Shown here one piece after another: positions 56,818-64,000 of a stretch of 64,000 nt of DNA. Position 1 is the first letter of the stretch. The number at the start of each line of letters is the position of its first letter. Where the stretch lies: contig CAVKBG010000001.1 of NCBI GenBank assembly GCA_963654755.1, positions 8,426 to 72,425 on the forward strand, read 5' to 3'. The position numbers and the translations under genes were made by a program. Below the pieces are notes generated by a model that was given only the letters and a program-made list of their open reading frames with translations, did no database searches and had not been told where the DNA came from. The DNA comes from Desulfovibrionaceae bacterium. Its GTDB lineage: Bacteria; Spirochaetota; Spirochaetia; Treponematales; Treponemataceae.

Positions 56818-58470
56818 ATGAAAAAAATCAAAATCACATTTCCAGACAATTCATTTATAGAGGCAGAAAATGAAATCCGCCCGATTCTTTTCCTTGAAAA
56901 ATTCAACGCGCAAAACAAAAAAATTGTCGCAGTAAAAGTAAACAACGAAATCTGCTCATTGGACAGCCCGGTAAACATAACTTCAAGCATAGAGCCAGTT
57001 TTTTCAGACTCAAAAGACGGAAGCGCAATCTACAGAAGATCGCTTTGCTTTGTTTTAGCGGCGGCGGCGCATAAAATTTTTCCTGGGAAAAGGCTTTTAG
57101 TCGGACACAGTTTGGGCTACGGCTACTACTACACGCTTGAACTTGGCGAGCCTCTTACAAAAGAAAATATTTTAAAGCTAAAAAATGAAATGGAGCAAAT
57201 CATAAAAGATGACAAAATAATTGAAACTGACTTCATTTCATATTCAGAAGCCTGCTCGCTTTTTGAAGAGCTCGGATTAACAGAAACCAGAAAGCAGCTA
57301 AACTACAGATGCCCTTCCCGCGTTCAAATTAACAGGCTCGAAGGATTTTCCGACTTGTATTTTGGACCGCTAGTTGGAACAACAGGCATTTTGAATGTGT
57401 TTGACTTGCTTCCATATAGCGACGGATTTCTTTTGCGATTCCCAAAAAAAGACCAGCCTGAAAAGCTCACGGAATTTGTTGACCAGCCGAAACTTTTTGA
57501 AATTTACAAGTCATACAAACTCTGGGGAAAAAGACTGAATGTAACTTCCGCGGCAAGTTTAAACCAGCTGATTCACGACAGAAAAGAATCTGAATTTATC
57601 GACATAACAGAAACGCTTCAGACAAAAAGAATTTCTACAATTGCAGATGAAATTCTCAAGAAGAAATCAGCGAAAGTTGTTCTTATTGCAGGACCTTCTT
57701 CCTCTGGAAAAACGACAACCAGCAAAAAACTTGCATTGCAGCTTGAAGCAATCGGATACAAGCCTAAAACGATAAGCCTTGACAGTTATTATCTTGGACG
57801 CGCGCAAACTCCAAAAGACGAAAACGGAAACTACGACTACGAATGTCTTGAAGCTTTGAACATTGAACTTTTAAACCAGAACCTTGTTGATTTGTTTGCA
57901 GGAAAGCAAATCAAACTTCCGTCCTATGACTTTCATGCTGGAGTAAGCTATTTTAAAGGCGATACAATGACTTTGGAAGAAAGCGACATTTTAATCATGG
58001 AAGGAATTCACGGACTTAACGACAAGCTTACGCCTTTAGTTCCAGCAGAAAAAAAATTTAAAATTTACATTTCCGCATTGACCCAGCTAAACCTTGACGA
58101 CCACAATAGAATTTCAACAAGCGACAACAGGCTTATAAGAAGAATTGTAAGAGATTCACGTTACAGAGGAAAAAGCGCAGCGGACACAATCGCAATGTGG
58201 GAAAGCGTTCAAAAAGGCGAGCAGCTTCACATATTTCCGTTCCAGAACAATGCAGATGCGATGCTGAACACTGCGCTAGACTACGAGCTTCCGGTTTTAA
58301 AAGTTTATGCAGAGCCGCTTTTAAGATGTGTAAGTCCGCTTCAAAAGGAATATGCAGAAGCAAACAGGCTGCTTCAATTCTTAAACTGCTTTTCTACAAT
58401 TCCTGCAACTTCAGTTCCAACACAGTCTATAATCCGGGAATTTATCGGCGGAAGCGCATTTAAATACTAA
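56818..58470 (+). CDS. Nucleoside (uridine) kinase with N-terminal TGS/ThrRS-like domain
   Basis: IYRRSLCF, IAGPSSSGKTT, EGIHGLN, RRIVRD, SIIREFIGGS. Confidence 0.9.
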   Translation: MKKIKITFPDNSFIEAENEIRPILFLEKFNAQNKKIVAVKVNNEICSLDSPVNITSSIEPVFSDSKDGSAIYRRSLCFVLAAAAHKIFPGKRLLVGHSLGYGYYYTLELGEPLTKENILKLKNEMEQIIKDDKIIETDFISYSEACSLFEELGLTETRKQLNYRCPSRVQINRLEGFSDLYFGPLVGTTGILNVFDLLPYSDGFLLRFPKKDQPEKLTEFVDQPKLFEIYKSYKLWGKRLNVTSAASLNQLIHDRKESEFIDITETLQTKRISTIADEILKKKSAKVVLIAGPSSSGKTTTSKKLALQLEAIGYKPKTISLDSYYLGRAQTPKDENGNYDYECLEALNIELLNQNLVDLFAGKQIKLPSYDFHAGVSYFKGDTMTLEESDILIMEGIHGLNDKLTPLVPAEKKFKIYISALTQLNLDDHNRISTSDNRLIRRIVRDSRYRGKSAADTIAMWESVQKGEQLHIFPFQNNADAMLNTALDYELPVLKVYAEPLLRCVSPLQKEYAEANRLLQFLNCFSTIPATSVPTQSIIREFIGGSAFKY

Positions 58471-58895
58471 AGCAAATTTTTTCTGGCAGTCACAATATCG
58501 TCGGCTGCCAGTTCCTCTGCTTTTAAACTGTCTTTTTTCCACTGGCGGAATTTATTTTCCTTTAGCTTTTCAAGGACTTTGACTTTTTGCATTGCCTGCC
58601 GGACAACTTCGCGCTTTTCATCCGCGGCAATCTGAGCTGTAGCAAGTTCTTCCAAAAACTTTTCTTTCTTCTGCTCAAGCATGAAAAAAAAAGACTGGAT
58701 TTCAGCCTGAATAAGAAAATCTGTATTTGTGTCGAAATTTTTTATTGTGGAAATTTTCCGTTTTGCAATGGATTCAAGTTCGCCCTGAATTCTTGCGACT
58801 TCTGCATTCGCCTTGCCAAGCTCCATTTCTGCCTGACGCTGCTCAAATATTCTGAGGTCAAGAATTTTCTGCATTGAAAAAGCAAATTTTTTCAT
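58467..58895 (-). CDS. fliJ: Flagellar export protein FliJ
   Basis: MKKFAFSMQKILDLR...KVLEKLKE; directly downstream of fliI. Confidence 0.88.
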   Translation of the reverse strand: MKKFAFSMQKILDLRIFEQRQAEMELGKANAEVARIQGELESIAKRKISTIKNFDTNTDFLIQAEIQSFFFMLEQKKEKFLEELATAQIAADEKREVVRQAMQKVKVLEKLKENKFRQWKKDSLKAEELAADDIVTARKNLL

Positions 58896-58906
58896 AAAGG
58901 CAAAAA

Positions 58907-60256
58907 TTAAGCAGGAGACTCTGAATATTCGGCTTCAGGAATTTCAATTCCGCTTAGCTCAGAAAGAGATTTCAAAGTGTCTTCAATTGTAAGGTGGCAA
59001 TTTTCTTCCTGGCACAAAAATTCTTCAACAGCCTGATGATGGTCAATGGCTTCGTCAATTTCCGGGGAAGAGCCTTTTTGGTAAACACCGGCGTTTATCA
59101 TTTCTTCCTGCTCTGAATAAACGGAAATCCAACGGCGCACACGCTGAACTGCTTTTTTTGTGCAAGTTCCAGAAACTCTCTTTGAAAGACGGCTGATGCT
59201 TGTAAGCATATCAATCGCAGGGTAATGCTGACGAGCCGCAAGGGAACGCTGCAAAACAATATGTCCGTCTAAAGTTCCGCGCACTTTATCAGCAATAGGC
59301 TCATCCATATCGTCGCCGTCAACAAGAACTGTATAAAATGCTGTAATGCTTCCTTTGTCATTTGTTCCAGTGCGCTCAAGAAGTTTAGGCAACATATCAA
59401 AAACGCTCGGAGGGTAGCCTCTTTGCGCAGGAGGCTCGCCTGTTGCAAGACCAATTTCTCTTTGCGCATGGGCAAAACGAGTTACGCTGTCAAACATCAG
59501 CATAACGTCCTTGCCTTGGTCGCGGAAATATTCAGCTATGGCAGTTGTAACATAAGCGGCACGCAATCTGGAAATGGAAGGCTGATCGCTAGTTGCGACA
59601 ACAAGAACAGAACGTTTAAGTCCTTCTTCACCCAAGTCGCGCTTTATAAAGTCCATGACTTCACGTCCACGCTCTCCGATAAGACCGATTACGTTTATAT
59701 CAGCATTTGTATTCCGCGCAATCATTGAAAGAAGCGTTGATTTTCCAACTCCTGAGCCTGCAAAAATTCCAAGACGCTGGCCTTTTCCAACCGTAAGGAT
59801 TCCGTCAATGGCGCGAACTCCAGTTACAATGCGCTTGTCAATTGGCTTGCGTTCCATCGGATTTGGAGGAGATGCAAGAGCCGGATAATATGCTTCAGGG
59901 AAAATTTCGCCTTTTCCGTCATAGGGCTTTCCAGTTGCGTCTATTACGCGCCCCAAAAGTGATGCTCCTACAGGAACTTCCAAAACGTGCCCGGAAGCAA
60001 CGACTTCGCAGCCAACTTCAATTCCCTTTGTTTCTCCGTAAGCCATAAGACGTACAGAAGAGCCTTCAAGCCCGACAACTTCCGCAAGAACAGAACTTTG
60101 AATGCTTGGAATATGAATTGTGCAGATTTCGCCAATTACAGAGCGAGGACCTTTGCTTTCTATCATAAGGCCTTTTACACTTATGACAGAGCCAGTATAT
60201 TTTATTGGCTCAATTCGTTCTATGCTATGAATGTATTTATCAAAAAAATTTTCCAT
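58907..60256 (-). CDS. fliI: Flagellar export ATPase FliI
   Basis: GIFAGSGVGKSTLL, GERGREV, DSVTRFA, GYPPSVF. Confidence 0.96.
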   Translation of the reverse strand: MENFFDKYIHSIERIEPIKYTGSVISVKGLMIESKGPRSVIGEICTIHIPSIQSSVLAEVVGLEGSSVRLMAYGETKGIEVGCEVVASGHVLEVPVGASLLGRVIDATGKPYDGKGEIFPEAYYPALASPPNPMERKPIDKRIVTGVRAIDGILTVGKGQRLGIFAGSGVGKSTLLSMIARNTNADINVIGLIGERGREVMDFIKRDLGEEGLKRSVLVVATSDQPSISRLRAAYVTTAIAEYFRDQGKDVMLMFDSVTRFAHAQREIGLATGEPPAQRGYPPSVFDMLPKLLERTGTNDKGSITAFYTVLVDGDDMDEPIADKVRGTLDGHIVLQRSLAARQHYPAIDMLTSISRLSKRVSGTCTKKAVQRVRRWISVYSEQEEMINAGVYQKGSSPEIDEAIDHHQAVEEFLCQEENCHLTIEDTLKSLSELSGIEIPEAEYSESPA

Positions 60257-60335
60257 TTCAAACTATCCCGCAGCGACTGAAAACTATGCATTGCAGATTT
60301 TACAGAAAACTGAATTTCTTCTACAAGCACAAAAA

Positions 60336-60365
60336 TAGATTGCCGGAGCAAGTCCGGCAATGACA
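60336..60365 (-). repeat. Single TGTCAT-tagged palindromic element
   Basis: Reverse complement TGTCATTGCCGGACTTGCTCCGGCAATCTA, same family as 49925-50070. Confidence 0.85.
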
Positions 60366-60384
60366 AATAAAACAAACGCATGAA

Positions 60385-61317
60385 TCAACTGTCGGGATTT
60401 ATAACTTCTGACTTGCCCACAGTTTTTATCGGCGAAATATTCAAAATCTGAGTTTCAAGTTCATTCAGCTGACTTGAAATGCGCGCGTCAATTGCGCCGA
60501 AGTCCGTTTCAACAATGCAGCCGCCTTTTTCAACGGAACTGTCTTCAACAACAGAAATGTTCTTGATATTTTCAACCTGACGGATAAAGTCTTTTATATG
60601 CTCGGTTGTAAGCTTTACATCCGCAAGATTTACACGCAACGTTACGTCTCCAGAGCCTTTTACTTTTTTCAAAGCCTGAAGCACATTCGACATTATAACG
60701 CTCTTTTGATTTTCGCTCATAATCTTAACAACTTTGCGCGCTATCAAAATTACAAGGTTCACAATCTGCTGCTCTGTGTTGTCAAGAATTTCCTGTCTTT
60801 TTGCCTGGACTGCTTCAATCATCTTGTGAATGCGCTCAACAAGACGCTGCGCTTCTTCATTTCCTACCTTATAGCCTTCTTCATGACCGGCTTTAAATCC
60901 ATCGCTCTTTGATTTTTCAAAGATAGATTTTTCTTCAATTTTTGCGTTGGAAATAATATCCTGAGCTTCTGCCTTTGCTTTTTCAACAATATCCTGAGCT
61001 TCTTTTTGCGCTTGGGATTTTATAACTGCCGCCTGATCGCTTTGATGCTTTACTTGTGCAAACGCGGCATCTTCCGCATTTTTTACAATCTGGTCTGCGT
61101 CAGCCTGAGCCTTTGCAAGCATCTTGGCCTTTTCGTCTTCCCACTGAAGCTTAAAAGCCTCCGCTTCCTTGCGCAAGTCGTCTGCTGTAGGACCTGTGTA
61201 TTCTGGAACTTCCTCAACTTTTTCTTCTACAGGGGGCGCAAAATTTTTTGTAAACTGAAGGACAACTTCGCCCTTTGTGTTGTTAACTTCTGCCGATCTG
61301 AATACAGTTTGTGCCAT
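60385..61317 (-). CDS. fliH: Flagellar assembly protein FliH
   Basis: GxxxG repeats (DGFKAGHEEGYKVG) and GGCIVETDFGAIDARISSQL. Confidence 0.94.
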   Translation of the reverse strand: MAQTVFRSAEVNNTKGEVVLQFTKNFAPPVEEKVEEVPEYTGPTADDLRKEAEAFKLQWEDEKAKMLAKAQADADQIVKNAEDAAFAQVKHQSDQAAVIKSQAQKEAQDIVEKAKAEAQDIISNAKIEEKSIFEKSKSDGFKAGHEEGYKVGNEEAQRLVERIHKMIEAVQAKRQEILDNTEQQIVNLVILIARKVVKIMSENQKSVIMSNVLQALKKVKGSGDVTLRVNLADVKLTTEHIKDFIRQVENIKNISVVEDSSVEKGGCIVETDFGAIDARISSQLNELETQILNISPIKTVGKSEVINPDS

Positions 61318-61337
61318 GCTAAATGCCTCCAGTCAAA

Positions 61338-62396
61338 TCAGACTACCATTTCATCATCGCTAGAACGAGCAATAACAATTTCACCAGAATCTTCAAGACG
61401 GCGGATTACGCTAACAATCTTCTGCTGGCTTTCTTCAACATCCTTCAAGCGGACAGGTCCCATATACTCCATATCTTCTTTCAGCATTGAAGCGGCACGT
61501 TTTGACATATTGCGGAAAATCTTGTCCTGAACCTCTGTATCAACTGATTTCAAAGCCTTTGCAAGCTCCTGCGTATCAACTTCACGGAGAACTTTCTGAA
61601 TCGCGCGGTCATCAAGCATAACAATATCTTCGAAAACGAACATTCTCTTCTTGATTTCTTCCGCAAGTTCAGGATCGTCTTCTTCAAGAGTTTCAATAAT
61701 CGCCTTTTCAGAAGAACGGTCAACAAGGTTAAGAATTTCAACAATCGAGTCAACACCACCGGCAGCAGTGTAATCTTCGCTGGAAAGAGTTGAAAGTTTC
61801 TTTTCAAGAACACGCTCAACTTCACGCAGAACTTCCGGGCTTGTGCGGTCCATTGTGGCAAGACGCTTTGAAACTTCCGGCTGAATTTCCGCAGGAAGAT
61901 TCTGTAGAATTGTAGCGGCTTTTTGAGGCTCAAGATACGCAAGAATAAGAGAAATTGTCTGCGGATATTCCTGCTGGACAAAGTTCAAAAGGTGAGCCGG
62001 ATCTGTTCGGCGGATAAAATCAAACGGACGGACCTGCAAAGAGCTTGTAAGCCTGTTGATAATATCAATTGCCTTTTGGCTTCCCAATGATTTTTCAAGA
62101 AGTTCACGGGCAAAATCAATACCGCCAGTGGTAATAAAATTCTGCGCCTGCATAAGCTCCTGAAATTCTTCAAGAACCTGATCTTTAAAGTCCGCGTCAA
62201 TTGTATCAAGGCGCGCAATTTCAAAAGTAAGAGTTTCAACTTCATCTTCGCGCAAGTGCTTCATTACATCAGAGGCTACATCGCTTCCGATTGCAACGAG
62301 GAAAATAGCGGCTTTTTGGCGGCCGGTAAGATTTTTATAATCCTTGATTCCGCCCTTTTTCTTGCTTTTTTTGCCGTCAACAAGTTCTTCTGCCAT
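61338..62396 (-). CDS. fliG: Flagellar motor switch protein FliG
   Basis: QKAAIFL, GGIDFA, EYPQT, MFVFEDI, GPVRLKDVEESQ. Confidence 0.97.
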   Translation of the reverse strand: MAEELVDGKKSKKKGGIKDYKNLTGRQKAAIFLVAIGSDVASDVMKHLREDEVETLTFEIARLDTIDADFKDQVLEEFQELMQAQNFITTGGIDFARELLEKSLGSQKAIDIINRLTSSLQVRPFDFIRRTDPAHLLNFVQQEYPQTISLILAYLEPQKAATILQNLPAEIQPEVSKRLATMDRTSPEVLREVERVLEKKLSTLSSEDYTAAGGVDSIVEILNLVDRSSEKAIIETLEEDDPELAEEIKKRMFVFEDIVMLDDRAIQKVLREVDTQELAKALKSVDTEVQDKIFRNMSKRAASMLKEDMEYMGPVRLKDVEESQQKIVSVIRRLEDSGEIVIARSSDDEMVV

Positions 62397-62399
62397 AAA

Positions 62400-64000
62400 C
62401 TATTCCTCCATAAGCCAAGTGCGGATAAGCATTGCAACATCTTCCGGATGCTCTTTTGCCATTGCAATCGCATTTTCCTGAAGTTCTGCCCGCTTGCGCT
62501 CTTCAACAGACATTGTAACTTCCATTCCCTGCTGCTGGGCTTCAAGAAGCGCTCTCTGTCTTTCTTCTTCCTGCTGACGAATTCTAGCTTCCTCTGCAAG
62601 ACGGCGACGGCGTTCAATTTCTCTGCTGATAATACGGAATGCAATGAACGCAATAAGAATTATAGCAATTCCAATCAGGCTGAACATAATTGTGCGGTTT
62701 CTGTTGAGCTGCGCAATATATGCTAAATCCTCTTTTTCCTGCTCTTCTGTCCTGTCAAAAGGAATATTAGTAACTGTAACACTGTCTCCACGCGCTCTGT
62801 TATAGCCGACAGCATCCTGAACAAGCTTTGTTGTGTTTGAAAGCTGTTCTGGAGTAATAGGAATGTACTCGCGCTTTAAATGTCCGTTTTCAAGAATAGG
62901 ACGGTTATTTTCATCATAAACTTTGCGCCACTGGCCGTCAATGTTTACAGAAACTGTAATGCGATCAATCTGCGGACTTGTAATTTCAGAAACATTTTTT
63001 TCGTTCAGCGCATAGTTGCGTTTTACGCCTTCTTCAGTGGATTTTCCCACAACATTTGACATATCACTGTAAACTGGAGGATTCTGACCTTCAACTCCAG
63101 CCGGACCTTCAGGATTGTAGCCGGTTCCAGTAAATGACTTGTTTACAGTTTCTTCCGACAATGTAAGACTGTTTACAATTTCAGAATCGTCATAAGGAGT
63201 ATTCGGATTATCCGGGCGGATTGTGATTCCGCCGTATTCTCTTGAAGTAGTTGTGCGCTCAGACATATTCATGTCAATCTTGATGTTCGCAACTCTTACG
63301 CGGTTATCAGAGAAAGTTCCCTTCAATGCGGCAAGAACAAGGCCTGTATATGTAGCTTCCTGCTTAAGAATAAGTTTACGCTGTTTTTCTATATTTGAAA
63401 TGCGATCGCTTTCCGCCATGCCTTCAAAGTCATTTATCTGAATATTTGAAGCGCCGTCGTTGATTACGATATTTTCATCGCGCAGACCTTCTACGCAGGC
63501 TTTTACAAGATTTTGAATTCCGCGGATTTTGCGTTTGTCTGTAAGAACATCGCTGTTTCCCTTGGCATACAAAACAATGCTTGCAGATGTAGGATTCTGA
63601 TTTTCCGTGAACAAAGATTCATCAGGAAGCACAAGATTTACTTCCGCGCGCTGAATTCCGTCCAAAGACTCAAGCTGCTGCTTTAAAGCTGTTTCTGTTG
63701 CGCGCTGCCAGTTCACCTTGTCATCAAAGTCTGTTCTTGACCAACGAGTAACATCAAAAAGGCTGTAGGCATCAAGACTCGAAGGAGCATAGCCTTCTGC
63801 AATGAGGCGGCTTCTGTATTTTTTTGCTATATCGCTGTTTTCAACAGAAATATAATTGTCAGATGAAACATAGGCCTTTACATTGTCCTGATCAAGGCGG
63901 GAAAGAATAAGCTCCCGTTCTTTTTCATCATTTACCGGACCGTTAAAAAGGCGCACTGTGGAAGGGCGAGACGACATAGAAGCCATAAGAACAATCACCG
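62400..64000 (-). CDS. fliF: Flagellar MS-ring protein FliF (5' end outside the window)
   Basis: AEVNLVLPDESLF, ASIVL, AVGYNRARGDSVTV, PEDVAMLIRTWL. Confidence 0.95.
   Translation of the reverse strand, partial: VIVLMASMSSRPSTVRLFNGPVNDEKERELILSRLDQDNVKAYVSSDNYISVENSDIAKKYRSRLIAEGYAPSSLDAYSLFDVTRWSRTDFDDKVNWQRATETALKQQLESLDGIQRAEVNLVLPDESLFTENQNPTSASIVLYAKGNSDVLTDKRKIRGIQNLVKACVEGLRDENIVINDGASNIQINDFEGMAESDRISNIEKQRKLILKQEATYTGLVLAALKGTFSDNRVRVANIKIDMNMSERTTTSREYGGITIRPDNPNTPYDDSEIVNSLTLSEETVNKSFTGTGYNPEGPAGVEGQNPPVYSDMSNVVGKSTEEGVKRNYALNEKNVSEITSPQIDRITVSVNIDGQWRKVYDENNRPILENGHLKREYIPITPEQLSNTTKLVQDAVGYNRARGDSVTVTNIPFDRTEEQEKEDLAYIAQLNRNRTIMFSLIGIAIILIAFIAFRIISREIERRRRLAEEARIRQQEEERQRALLEAQQQGMEVTMSVEERKRAELQENAIAMAKEHPEDVAMLIRTWLMEE

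Overview
AT-rich core-chromosome segment of a spirochaete, almost certainly a Treponema (inferred from gene content and order: spiro-SPASM protein, hemW-lepB-smpB-TP0183-like-tsaC-ftsB block, ileS with a neighbouring lipoprotein, cdaA-cdaR-acpS-truA, fliFGHIJ). It holds about 52 CDSs: housekeeping genes (xseAB, mutL, truA, acpS, folP, dxs, ileS, hisS, coaX, ribDEBAH, PBP1A), a dispersed nonulosonic-acid/Maf flagellin-glycosylation gene set, a PP2C-STAS-kinase partner-switch operon, a c-di-AMP cyclase operon, tmRNA and flagellar genes. I found no integrase, transposase, prophage or CRISPR array. Features absent from the ORF track are an edge-truncated SpsF-PseG-like-Zn-finger fusion gene (1-1800), a 29-aa ribosomal protein bS22 gene (28912-29001), tmRNA, a family of TGTCAT-tagged palindromic repeats, and a candidate ~90-nt structured sRNA with an orphan terminator (46352-46440). 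Other observations are a 145-bp diverged tandem duplication frameshifting the hemW 3' end, a recurring leaderless promoter architecture, a mini-ParB CTPase with an amphipathic tail and no DNA-binding domain, and a PopZ/FimV-like acidic disordered protein. All calls come from reading motifs by eye; no database search was run.
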